This document shows positions 37,703 through 47,542 of a DNA stretch of 64,000 bases, piece by piece. Below the pieces are notes generated by a model. That model was not told where the DNA came from. It saw nothing but the letters and a program-made list of their open reading frames with translations, and made no database searches. Each line of letters starts with the position of its first letter. The stretch's first letter is position 1. The translations under genes were made by a program, and so were the position numbers. The DNA comes from an uncultured Acidobacteriota bacterium (GTDB lineage Bacteria > Acidobacteriota > Blastocatellia > RBC074), in contig CAWCKY010000007.1 of assembly GCA_963796275.1 (NCBI GenBank), positions 288,001 to 352,000 on the forward strand, written 5' to 3'.

Positions 37703-38869
37703 ATGAAAAAAAAGGTGATGTTTTACTGCCAGCACGTATTGGGGATGGGGCATTTCATCCGCAGTGCTGAGATCGTGCGCCGGCTCACGGGATTCGATGT
37801 CTATTTTCTCAACGGCGGTGAGATCGTCCCCGGATTCGAACTTCCCTCGACGGTAGAGACAATCAACCTGCCGCCGATCAAGGCTGACGTCGAGTTTCGT
37901 GACATTCAGGCGATTGACGGTAGATCGAGCCTGGATGAAATAAAAGCGATAAGGAAACGACGGCTCATCGATGAATATGAGCGCGTGAAACCCGAAATAT
38001 TGGTGATCGAGCTTTTCCCCTTTGGCAGGCTGAGGTTCGCGGATGAGTTGATGCCTCTGCTCGAGCGTGCCAACTCTGCCGGCACCTCGACGAAAGTCGT
38101 CTGCAGCCTGCGCGACATACTGGTGAGTAAAAAAGAGCAGCAGCAGTTCGAGGAAGACGCGTGCCGGATCGTTAACCGCTATTTCGATCTCCTGCTCGTG
38201 CACTCCGACCCGCGATTTCAGCGCCTTGAAGAGACCTTCCCGCGATACTCAGAGCTTAAATGCCCGGTCGTCTATACCGGATTCGTGAACCAAACGATTG
38301 ATGAGAACGACTCGATCGCTGACCCGCTCGATCTCCTGCCTGGCCAGAAGTCGATTTTGGTGAGCATCGGCGGCGGTAGAGTGGGAGCAGAATTGATCGA
38401 TTGCGCGATTGAAGCTGGTACCCGCCTGACTGGACGTCTTCCGCACAGGATGTTCGTCTTCACCGGGCCATACCTCCCGGAAGCGGAGTTCTTGCGGCTT
38501 AGAGCTAAGGCCGGAATCGCGCCCGGTATTAAGTTGGACCGCTATTCCGCACGGTTCATTTCGTATTTGAGGCAGGCGGACGTCTCCATCAGCATGGCAG
38601 GGTACAATACCTGCATGAACATTATTACAACGAGCCCGCGCGCCATCGTTTATCCGTTCACCGGGAATAACAACGAGGAGCAGAGTATCAGAGCGGAGAA
38701 ACTGCGCGCGCTCGGCATCGTCGATGTCATCCGCGGGCAGGACCTCAACGCCGAAACCCTGGCTGAGATGATCGTGTTCGCATTGAGTAAGCCGAAGCCA
38801 GTGCCCGGTGCACCTTTGCTCGATCTTGATGGAGCGGGCAAGACTGCCGTTGAACTGGCGAAACTTTAA
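37703..38869 (+). CDS. GT-B glycosyltransferase (COG4671-like), second paralog
   Basis: YCQHVLGMGHFIRS, ELFPFGR, SLRDIL, SIGGGRVG, SMAGYNT and EQSIRA. Confidence 0.87.
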   Translation: MKKKVMFYCQHVLGMGHFIRSAEIVRRLTGFDVYFLNGGEIVPGFELPSTVETINLPPIKADVEFRDIQAIDGRSSLDEIKAIRKRRLIDEYERVKPEILVIELFPFGRLRFADELMPLLERANSAGTSTKVVCSLRDILVSKKEQQQFEEDACRIVNRYFDLLLVHSDPRFQRLEETFPRYSELKCPVVYTGFVNQTIDENDSIADPLDLLPGQKSILVSIGGGRVGAELIDCAIEAGTRLTGRLPHRMFVFTGPYLPEAEFLRLRAKAGIAPGIKLDRYSARFISYLRQADVSISMAGYNTCMNIITTSPRAIVYPFTGNNNEEQSIRAEKLRALGIVDVIRGQDLNAETLAEMIVFALSKPKPVPGAPLLDLDGAGKTAVELAKL

Positions 38870-38880
38870 AATGTAGAGCT

Positions 38881-39639
38881 GTGAAAGAAGGGTTCGCTCA
38901 ACTCGGATCGTCACTAGATCGCCTTCGGTCGGAGGAGCGCAAGCTCGATCTATTCTTCCGCGATGACGACGTCGATGAAGATGAGGATTCGCTGCGCAAA
39001 CTGCTCGGCGTCTTTTTAGATGAGGAAGCGCCGGTCAACCTTCAAATCATTCCTGACCGGCTGACGCCGGCGGCCGCTTCTCTGCTGCTGCGGCATCACG
39101 AATTGCGTCCCGATCTGTTCGGGCTCAACCAGCACGGTTGGCGGCACATCAACCATGAACGAGAGGGGCGTAAATGCGAGTTCGGCCCGAGCCGGAATTT
39201 CGACGAGCAACTCGCAGACATCGCGAACGGCAGGAGAGCTCTCGAAGAGGCTTTGGGAGCCGCGTTCACCATGGTATTCACGCCGCCGTGGAACCGGTGT
39301 ACGCCCGACACTCTGAGGGCGCTCGATCGGTTGGGCTTTCTGGGCTATTCGGGATTTCGGAGCATAGAGACGGTCAGCGGTTACAATTTTCGCGACGTCT
39401 CGGTTACGCTTGATCTCCACCGTTGGAAAAACGGCGTCGAGATGAAAAAGGTCGATGATATTGTGGCCGAATTGACGGTGCAGTTGCGCGATCATGATGC
39501 CATTGGAATCATGTTACATCACAAGGTGATGGACGAAGAGGGTTTCGAATTCTTATCGCTTCTGCTGAAGCAATTGTCTGGTTCTCGGGTGATAAACTTT
39601 CACAGTTTTCAAAGTTTATTAACATCTGCACGCGGATGA
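38881..39639 (+). CDS. Polysaccharide deacetylase-family protein
   Basis: FFRDDD, QHGWRH, FTPPWNR and GIMLHH, NodB-like motifs. Confidence 0.82.
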   Translation: MKEGFAQLGSSLDRLRSEERKLDLFFRDDDVDEDEDSLRKLLGVFLDEEAPVNLQIIPDRLTPAAASLLLRHHELRPDLFGLNQHGWRHINHEREGRKCEFGPSRNFDEQLADIANGRRALEEALGAAFTMVFTPPWNRCTPDTLRALDRLGFLGYSGFRSIETVSGYNFRDVSVTLDLHRWKNGVEMKKVDDIVAELTVQLRDHDAIGIMLHHKVMDEEGFEFLSLLLKQLSGSRVINFHSFQSLLTSARG

Positions 39640-39814
39640 CTCACGACAAATCGAAAAACCGCAACAACGGAGCAAAGCCTGCCGTATCCGGCCTTCATTT
39701 ACGTCATCTGCGTCTCGCGACGTACCGCCATGTCACGCTCTGACTCCGGATCCGGATTTGGCAAGTTATCAGGGGCAGGCTTCAGTTTAGGTTTCGGCTA
39801 TAATAACAATCAGA

Positions 39815-41626
39815 GTGGTAAAACAGAGATCCATCACCTTAAAAGGAATAATCAAAGAGCATCTGCTGGAAGCCAAATGGAGCCTTTCCGCTTCGGCGCT
39901 CTGTATGCTCGGCTTCACCTTGACCGAACTGATTTCGCCATGGCCGCTGAAGATCATTTTCGATCATATTCTCCTGGATAAAAGCCTGCCGGCATCGCTC
40001 AGTTGGGTGGGCGATCTGCTGGCGCGCGGCAAGACGTTTGCCGTCGTGACGCTCTCATTGTGCATCATCCTCATCGCCTGCTTCAGGAGCGTCTTCGCAT
40101 ACTTCCACTCATTCCTCTCCTCGCGCATCGGTTACGAGATGGTATACCGGCTGCGCCGCGAGCTGTTCGCCCATCTGCAGCAACTCTCGCTGTCATTCCA
40201 TGCGCGCGCGCGCACGGGAGAATTGCTGACCAAAGTGGTAAGCGATACGAGCGCGCTGAAAGACGTGTTCGCCGAATCGGCGCTCAACTTCGCCTCACAC
40301 CTGCTAACCGTGATTGGGATGTTCATCATTATGTTCGCGCTCAACTGGCGACTGGGCCTGGTCGTGCTGGCGACGTTCCCGCTGCTCTGCTACACCCTTT
40401 TTTTTGTGTACGGCCGAATTAAGATATCCGCCAGGCGGCACCGCGAGCGGGAAGGGAACGTAGCTACGCGCGCGCTCGAAGTATTTTCGAGCGTCCATCT
40501 GGTGCGGGCGTTTGCGCGCGAGAGGCATGAGCAGGAACGCTTCGAGCAGGAGAGCAGCTACACGCTGGAGGAAGGGATCAGGACGGCGCGTCTGGAAGCG
40601 GCAGCCACGCGGGCGACGGAGATCGTCAGCGCAGCCAGCATATGCGCGGTGGTGCTCTTCGGCGCCCTGCAGGTTATCGCGGGTCGTATGCTCCCCGGAG
40701 ATGTGCTGATCTTCACCGCTTATCTGACCAGCATGTATAAACCGTTGCGGACGCTGGCGCGCATCTCAAGCCAGTTCTCGAAGGCGGCGGCGAGCGGCGA
40801 GCGGATCGCCGATATCTTCAGAACCGAATCGGAAATATACGACGATCACCAGGGGTTGCGCGCCGGCAGTCTGAGCGGCGAGATCGTCTTTCGCAATGTT
40901 TCTTTCGATTACGGCGACGGGAATTCTGTACTTCATAATATTTCGTTCAGCATCGCCCCGGGACAGCGCGCAGCATTCGTTGGGTCTTCGGGTGCTGGCA
41001 AATCGACAATCGCCAACCTGCTTCTGCGCTTTTACGAGCCCCGAAGCGGCGAGATCCTGATCGACGGAGTGGAGCTCAAGAATTACGAACGCGAATCGAT
41101 TCGGCGGCAGATCGGCGTCGTGCTGCAGGAATCGGTGCTCTTCGGGGCAACTATCGCAGAGAACATAGCCTACGGTAAGCCCGATGCGACCGATCAGGAG
41201 ATCGAGGCCGCCGCAAAAGATGCGTCCGCGCACGAATTCATTATCAGCCTGCCCGAGGGTTATGACACGATCATCGGTGAGCGCGGCGGCACGCTGTCGG
41301 GCGGGCAGCGGCAGCGCATCTGCCTCGCGCGCGCCATCATCAAACGACCATCCCTGCTCATACTCGATGAACCGACATCAGCCATCGATGCCGAATCATC
41401 CGCACTCATCGGGCAGGCCATCAACCGTCTGCAGCAAGGCAAGACCTTACTCGTCATCTCACACCAGTTCGCCGGGCTCGAAAAGTTCGATCAAATTTTT
41501 GTATTGAAAAATGGCGAGCTGATAGAAAGCGGGACACATACCCAGCTTCTAAACAGGAGAGGCTACTATTACGAACTCTGCAATCTGCAGCAGCCGATTG
41601 CCAGCGAAGAATCGTTCGCCCAGTAA
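39815..41626 (+). CDS. ABC exporter, fused TMD-NBD (MsbA-like)
   Basis: N-terminal TM domain, Walker A GSSGAGKST, LSGGQRQR and LILDEPTS. Confidence 0.92.
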   Translation: MVKQRSITLKGIIKEHLLEAKWSLSASALCMLGFTLTELISPWPLKIIFDHILLDKSLPASLSWVGDLLARGKTFAVVTLSLCIILIACFRSVFAYFHSFLSSRIGYEMVYRLRRELFAHLQQLSLSFHARARTGELLTKVVSDTSALKDVFAESALNFASHLLTVIGMFIIMFALNWRLGLVVLATFPLLCYTLFFVYGRIKISARRHREREGNVATRALEVFSSVHLVRAFARERHEQERFEQESSYTLEEGIRTARLEAAATRATEIVSAASICAVVLFGALQVIAGRMLPGDVLIFTAYLTSMYKPLRTLARISSQFSKAAASGERIADIFRTESEIYDDHQGLRAGSLSGEIVFRNVSFDYGDGNSVLHNISFSIAPGQRAAFVGSSGAGKSTIANLLLRFYEPRSGEILIDGVELKNYERESIRRQIGVVLQESVLFGATIAENIAYGKPDATDQEIEAAAKDASAHEFIISLPEGYDTIIGERGGTLSGGQRQRICLARAIIKRPSLLILDEPTSAIDAESSALIGQAINRLQQGKTLLVISHQFAGLEKFDQIFVLKNGELIESGTHTQLLNRRGYYYELCNLQQPIASEESFAQ

Positions 41627-41789
41627 CTGACCGCGTGAGCCGCCGCCTATCCAGGCCAGTTCGCTGACTTCCGAAACTATTCCCGCCGCAGCGCGATTCA
41701 TGAAAGCCAGGGCTCTTGAGCCGCATTCGCGCGCGCCGTAGCGCAGGTCCTGCCAAAAGTTCCTCCATAAGCCGGATACCAGTCAGAAT

Positions 41790-41915
41790 CTGAGACTGAT
41801 ACTCGGCACGTAATCGCCCATTCCAATAGGAGAGCTGAATGGGCACGCGGGGGAGACCTTCCTCCACATAAATCTTCCAGCGTCCAATTTTGACGAAGCC
41901 GCGGGCATCGGTCAT
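41790..41915 (-). pseudogene. Possible transposase/integrase C-terminal fragment
   Basis: [37 protein letters not shown] resembles the beta-rich C-terminal region of IS481/Mu-type integrases (recognized by pattern only). It abuts a truncated permease. Confidence 0.35.
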
Positions 41916-41924
41916 CCGCTGGCA

Positions 41925-42287
41925 TTGGGCCTCGCTGCCCTGTCGCTTGCGTCCATCGGGCTATACGGCGTGATGGCGTTCGTAGTGGCGCAACGCACGC
42001 GCGAAATCGGCGTCCGCATGGCGCTGGGCGCTGAACCGCGTGACATCCTGGCGCTGTTTCTCAATCAGGGAATGCGCCTGATCGGCGCCGGCATCCTGTT
42101 CGGCTTGCTGGGCGGCGCGGCCGTCGCGCGCTTGATGGCCGTTGTGCTGGTTGACCTGAGCCCCTTCGATCCGTTGACTTTCGGCGGCATTTCTCTCTGC
42201 CTGACCCTGGTTGCGCTGCTGGCGACCTATCTGCCCGCACGGCGCGCGACCAAAGTCGCTCCGACCATCGCATTGCGACACGACTAG
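41925..42287 (+). pseudogene. C-terminal fragment of an FtsX/MacB-type (ADOP) ABC permease
   Basis: [29 protein letters not shown]...[19 protein letters not shown]. Only the last 120 aa or so are present, with no upstream body. Confidence 0.8.
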
Positions 42288-42361
42288 CGGGGAGGAGTGA
42301 AACCACAGTGGATGCCCTCTTCGGCGATTACCAGGATAGGGGCTATGATTCCGGCGCTCTA

Positions 42362-43660
42362 TTACCGGGCCCAATTTACACTTTCGGCTCTCGCCTCCGG
42401 GGCGGTAATGTTTTTATACGCCTTCCCGTCTTTCATAATCACAACGAAGTTCTTCGCCGGGTCCTCTATCAGCTTGAGATTGGCGATCGGATCACCTTCC
42501 ACCAGCAGCAGGTCAGCCAAGGCGCCTTCTTCGACCACCCCCAATTTACCGGGATACGGATTGCGCATGCCAGGCAGGCACAATAATTCGCCGTTCGTGG
42601 CTGTTGCCATGGTCAGCACTTCCGGTGGATTGTACCAGCGCGTGAGCTTGACCAATTGCGCGCCCTGACGATCGGCGAGTGCTTTCGAAAACAGTATGTC
42701 GCTACCGAAGGCCGTCTTGAGCTTATACTTCTTGGCCAGTGTGTATGCGTTGTCCGTCCCCGCAAACATCTCCAATTGCTTCGCCCGGTTCGGCGAGTCG
42801 GCTGGAAAAGGAAAGGCGTCCTCATCGTTTAGGAATGGTTGAATGCTGAGCCAGATGCCCTTGTCCGCCATCAGCCTCGCGGTCGCCTCGTCCAAGAGCT
42901 GGCCGTGTTCGATGCATTTGACGCCGGCAGCAACCGCCCGCTGAATTGCGATGGACATGTACGCATGCACCGTCACATACGTGCCCCAGTTCTCCGCCGC
43001 CTCCACCGCTGCGCGCAATTCGGACTCGGTAAAGGTCGAAATGTCGAGTGGACAGTGAGGCGAAGCGATGCCCCCTCCCGCCGTCAACTTGATCTGCGAT
43101 GCGCCTAACAGAAGCTGCTCGCGCACGCGCACCCTGACCTCATCTGGGCTGTCGGCGATCATGGTGCCCCCAATCTGCTCCATGTGCGTGAGCTGGCCGC
43201 CAATTACTCTCGGCACTTCGAAGCGCTGACGAAAGTCGCCGTGCCCGCCGGTAACGGAAATCATGGCACCGGAAGGATGAATGCGCGGGCCCACGACTAT
43301 GCCCTCGTCAATGGCCCGTTTGAGCCCAAACGCGGGTCCACCCATGTCGCGCACACTAGTAAAGCCACGCATCAGCGTATTGGCGGCTTCCTGCGCTGCG
43401 AGGAGGTTGAGGTATCCGATGTCCGCGGTCATCGTCGTGTTGACCGAGGCCCCCGCCATCATCGCATGCCAGTGTGCGTCAATCAGGCCTGGCATCAGCG
43501 TCCGCCCAGCTCCATTGATAATGAGTGTATTGTCGCTTCGATCTACTGAAATCAATGCGGTCGATATTTTCTCGATCTTGTTGCCGCGTACCAGGACGTT
43601 GGTGGGCTCTGAGAGCCGCGTTGACTTGCCATCGAATACACGGACGTTCTCGAAAAGCAT
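42362..43660 (-). CDS. Metal-dependent amidohydrolase (Xaa-Pro dipeptidase-like subfamily)
   Basis: LMPGLIDAHWH, GFTSVRDMGG, GGHGD, VHAY, IEHG, FGSD and GALADLLLVEGDP. Confidence 0.9.
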   Translation of the reverse strand: MLFENVRVFDGKSTRLSEPTNVLVRGNKIEKISTALISVDRSDNTLIINGAGRTLMPGLIDAHWHAMMAGASVNTTMTADIGYLNLLAAQEAANTLMRGFTSVRDMGGPAFGLKRAIDEGIVVGPRIHPSGAMISVTGGHGDFRQRFEVPRVIGGQLTHMEQIGGTMIADSPDEVRVRVREQLLLGASQIKLTAGGGIASPHCPLDISTFTESELRAAVEAAENWGTYVTVHAYMSIAIQRAVAAGVKCIEHGQLLDEATARLMADKGIWLSIQPFLNDEDAFPFPADSPNRAKQLEMFAGTDNAYTLAKKYKLKTAFGSDILFSKALADRQGAQLVKLTRWYNPPEVLTMATATNGELLCLPGMRNPYPGKLGVVEEGALADLLLVEGDPIANLKLIEDPAKNFVVIMKDGKAYKNITAPEARAESVNWAR

Positions 43661-44273
43661 AGAATTCCTTCGAGGAGAGCATCAAATTTTAGAGAGGATT
43701 TAGCGCTGTAATTGTCAGCGTTGGGTAGCTCAGGTTAATTGCGGGAGGTTATTGTTAATTTGTAAGCTTTGACATTCGAAATTACTATTCAAAAATAATC
43801 GATTATTGTCTTTGAATCAATCGCTGGCAGCGATCCGCTCCAACGCGCTTTGCTTGGGAGAGCTGGACATCAATGTTCTGATCATCAGCGCTCCCTTTCG
43901 AACTGGCCGATTTTGCTCGACAGTTTTACCCTTTTAGCGCAACGAAACTGTAACAAAATATTGATAAGTTAGAGGCATGTTGAAGAAGTAATTGCCAGCG
44001 TGCGTTCTCTTTTCGCGTCAGTATTAGCGGCCTTAACTAGACCAGCCACCGCAATAACTCGGATCAAATGACGGAAAACTAAAAATCAGAAAAGCTGAAA
44101 CTTTCATATGTGAAGATATCATCTTATAATCTTGAAATGCATTTAAATGCTGTTTAATATAACAGCGATTTACCACACCAGGACTCTCAGGCGCTTTGTA
44201 TTGATAACTCAGTAATATATATGACAGGGCAAACGATCCCGGCTTCCCGGCTTCGCTGGAATGGAGACTCGCA

Positions 44274-44951
44274 ATGAGCAACAAAGTTCTAGATCTGATT
44301 CAACCGATATCCAAGAAAGATCAGGTTGTCGCGGCGATCAAAGATGCCATTCTTTCCGGAACGATTCATCCCGGCGATCAAATCGTTGAGAGCAGGATCG
44401 CGCAGCAGCTGGGCGCGGGAATTCCATTGGTGCGCGAGGCGCTCATCGAGTTGGAATATCAGGGGTATGTTCAGAAGACTCCATACAAGGGTACTTCGGT
44501 CACCAAGCTGAATACGAAAGACGTCGAGAAGATATTCCGGCTGCGGGTCGAGCTCGAACCCCTGGCGATCGAATGGGCGAAAGAGCACATGACTGAGGCG
44601 GACATCGCCGAGCTTCGTGCGATGGTCGAGAGGATGGAACGGGCAGCAAAGGAGCTGGATCTAAATCAATTTTACGAGAACGATCTGGCGTTCCACCGCA
44701 AGCTCTGGGCGCTTTCGGACAATTCATATCTGGCCGATGCGCTTGAACGGATAGTCGCTCCGCTCTTCGCCTTTTTCGTCATGAAGACGACGCGCCAGCG
44801 CGAGTCCTATATCGAAAGCGCGGCTTTACACGCAAAGCTCGTCGATGCGCTACCCAAAACGAACGCGTCCGGACTTCGCAAACTGATGCGCGAATCGCTC
44901 GCGGGTTGGCGTGATGATATGTTGAAATTACTCTTCCTCACAGACCAATGA
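44274..44951 (+). CDS. GntR/FCD-family transcriptional regulator
   Basis: N-terminal wHTH (GDQIVESRIAQQLG..VREALIELE..G) and an FCD domain (DLAFH). Confidence 0.9.
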   Translation: MSNKVLDLIQPISKKDQVVAAIKDAILSGTIHPGDQIVESRIAQQLGAGIPLVREALIELEYQGYVQKTPYKGTSVTKLNTKDVEKIFRLRVELEPLAIEWAKEHMTEADIAELRAMVERMERAAKELDLNQFYENDLAFHRKLWALSDNSYLADALERIVAPLFAFFVMKTTRQRESYIESAALHAKLVDALPKTNASGLRKLMRESLAGWRDDMLKLLFLTDQ

Positions 44952-44952
44952 T

Positions 44953-46446
44953 ATGACCGAGAGCGCGCTGCTTCGTGCCATTGACGTCACCAAGTCCTTT
45001 GCCGGTGTGCAGGCGTTGAGGAGCGCTTCTTTCGAGCTGCGCGCCGGCGAAGTGCACGCGCTGGTGGGGGAGAACGGCGCGGGCAAATCCACCCTCATCA
45101 AGATCATCACCGGCGCCATCGAAGCCGAGGGCGGCCAGATCATTCTCAATGGGCAGACGATCACTCACAATAACCCGCGAATCGCCCGCTCTCTGGGGAT
45201 AGCGGCGATCTATCAACAACCTGCGCTGTTCCCTGAATTGACGGTGGCGGAGAACATCGCGCTCGGGCTGGAAAGGGCGAGTCTTTGGCGCACCGTCGAT
45301 TGGAATCGCCGCCGCCGCCGTGCCAGAGAGCTGCTCACACAGGTGGGGGCGAAGATAGACCCCGATGATTATGCCGGCGACTTGACGATGCCGCAGCAGC
45401 AGCTGGTAGAGATCGCCCGCGCAGTGGGAGCGGATTCGCAAGTGCTCATCATGGATGAGCCGACGGCTTCGCTATCGGAAGGTGAGACGCAGAATCTCTA
45501 TCGCGTGATCAACGACCTCCGCGCGCGAGGCGCCGGGATCATATACATCTCACATAGACTGGAAGAATTGGCGTCGATTGCCGATCGGGTGACGGTGCTG
45601 CGCGATGGGCGTACGATCGCCACCCATCCGATACAGGTGATCAGCCGGCAGGAGCTGATTCATCTGATGGTGGGGCGCGAGCTATCCGCAGTCTTCCCCA
45701 AGAGGAAGGTTGGAATCGGCGAGGTAGTCCTCGAACTTCGCAATCTATGTTGCTCGACCTCGGGGATCAGAGATGTGAATCTCACCGTCAGGGAAGGGGA
45801 GATCGTCGGTCTCGCGGGGATGGTCGGCGCCGGACGCACGGAATTGGCGTGCGCGATTTTCGGCTTGTCTCCGGCCGATGGCGGAGAGATTCTTCTGCGC
45901 GGAAGGAGCATCACCATCGACAACCCGGCGCGAGCGATCGAAAACGGCATCGCATATGTCCCCGAGGACCGGAGGCGACACGGCGTTATTCTGGACCTGC
46001 CGATAAGCGCCAATATCACGCTCGCAACCCTCGATAGACTTGCGCATTTCGGCGCGCTCGATTTCCAGCGCGAAGTCGAGATCGCCGCCGATTACGCGAA
46101 GCGGTTTTCCATAAAGACGCCCGCGATATTCGCTCCCGCAGCTACGCTGTCGGGCGGGAATCAGCAGAAAGTCGCGCTGAGCCGATGGATGGCGACCAAA
46201 CCATCATTGTTGATTCTCGATGAACCGACTCAGGGAATCGATGTGGGCGCGAAATCGGAGATCCACCGGTTGATGGGCGATCTTGCGGCCGAGGGGATGG
46301 CGATCCTCATGATCTCTTCGGAATTGCCCGAGGTACTCGGAATGAGCGACCGCGTCGCGGTGATGCGCGGGGGGACGATAGCCGGGATACTGGATCGCGC
46401 CGAAGCGACTCAACCGGATGTTCTGGCGCTGGCGCTCGGACATTGA
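44953..46446 (+). CDS. Sugar ABC transporter ATP-binding protein (CUT2, double NBD)
   Basis: GENGAGKST, MDEPT, YVPEDRR, LSGGNQQK and LDEPTQGIDVGAK. Confidence 0.93.
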   Translation: MTESALLRAIDVTKSFAGVQALRSASFELRAGEVHALVGENGAGKSTLIKIITGAIEAEGGQIILNGQTITHNNPRIARSLGIAAIYQQPALFPELTVAENIALGLERASLWRTVDWNRRRRRARELLTQVGAKIDPDDYAGDLTMPQQQLVEIARAVGADSQVLIMDEPTASLSEGETQNLYRVINDLRARGAGIIYISHRLEELASIADRVTVLRDGRTIATHPIQVISRQELIHLMVGRELSAVFPKRKVGIGEVVLELRNLCCSTSGIRDVNLTVREGEIVGLAGMVGAGRTELACAIFGLSPADGGEILLRGRSITIDNPARAIENGIAYVPEDRRRHGVILDLPISANITLATLDRLAHFGALDFQREVEIAADYAKRFSIKTPAIFAPAATLSGGNQQKVALSRWMATKPSLLILDEPTQGIDVGAKSEIHRLMGDLAAEGMAILMISSELPEVLGMSDRVAVMRGGTIAGILDRAEATQPDVLALALGH

Positions 46447-46540
46447 ATATGTGACGCAACCACGTGAGAGGCTGATTCCGCGCGTTTAGACAGTCGGGAA
46501 AAGCCGGATGCTGATCAAAATCCGGTGCGCGGCAGCAGAT

Positions 46541-47542
46541 ATGAGAACTGATTTCAACAAACTAAGCCGCTATAAACGCGAAATCTCCGCGGCCCTGGCA
46601 TTCGCCGCGCTGTTGATCGCTGCCGGCATTATCTCGCCTTCATTCTTCAGCGCCGGCAACCTGCGCGACCTGGTAATGAATAATACCTCGGTCCTTATCA
46701 TTGCGGTCGGAATGACGCTCGTCATTCTGTCCGGACAGATCGATATCTCTACCGGTTCGCAATTCGCCGTATGCAGCGTGATCGCCGGAGCGCTCGCAAA
46801 GTCCGGGATGCCCATGACGTTCGTCCTGCTCTGCGCGGTTGTTATCGGAGGATTCTTGGGATCGGTCAACGGATTTTTTATCGCGTACTTGCGGATGCCC
46901 GCGATCGTCGTGACGCTGGCGATGCTCGTAGCCTGGCGCGATGGATTACGTTGGATCACCGAAGGCGCATGGGTTCAGGACCTGCCGGACGACTTTCAAT
47001 GGTTCGGACTCGGGCAGGCAACCGGGCAATGGTTGATCGCCGCCATCGCTTTGCTGGTGCTTTTGTTCTTCGGTTGGGCGCTCGCGAAGTTACGAGCCGG
47101 CCGTGCGATCTATGCGACGGGATCGGATGCTGAAGCGGCCCGGCTGGCGGGCATCGAACCGCAGCGCGTCATTTTCAGCGTATTCATTCTGATGGGCGCT
47201 CTCACCGGCCTCGCTGCCATGCTCAACGCCGTGCGGTTCTCCTCGGTCCCGAGCAATGCCGGTCTCGGACTAGAACTGAAAGCGATTGCCGCGGTTGTGG
47301 TCGGGGGGACGGCGATCACTGGCGGTCGTGGCACCCTCATCGGGACTTTGATAGGCGTTGCGTTACTCGGCACCATAGGCACGGCTTTGACCTTCGCCGG
47401 CATCAATCCATTTTGGGAAAAAGCGATACAGGGAGCGATCATCCTGGCTGCGCTGGTAACCGACATCGCGCTGGGAGGCTTGAATCGGTTGAGGATCGCG
47501 AATCGCGCCTTGCAGATCGAGGAGGTTGAAAGGGTCAAGTGA
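46541..47542 (+). CDS. Sugar ABC transporter permease (RbsC/LsrC-like)
   Basis: GMTLVILSGQIDIS, GRAIYATGSD.EAARLAGI and ELKAIAAVVVGGT. Confidence 0.9.
   Translation: MRTDFNKLSRYKREISAALAFAALLIAAGIISPSFFSAGNLRDLVMNNTSVLIIAVGMTLVILSGQIDISTGSQFAVCSVIAGALAKSGMPMTFVLLCAVVIGGFLGSVNGFFIAYLRMPAIVVTLAMLVAWRDGLRWITEGAWVQDLPDDFQWFGLGQATGQWLIAAIALLVLLFFGWALAKLRAGRAIYATGSDAEAARLAGIEPQRVIFSVFILMGALTGLAAMLNAVRFSSVPSNAGLGLELKAIAAVVVGGTAITGGRGTLIGTLIGVALLGTIGTALTFAGINPFWEKAIQGAIILAALVTDIALGGLNRLRIANRALQIEEVERVK

Noticed and set aside
43690-44270. AT-rich 580-nt gap, possible hidden gene or RNA
   Set aside because: It fits a divergent promoter region between the amidohydrolase and GntR. I found no convincing ORF, operator palindrome or RNA structure.
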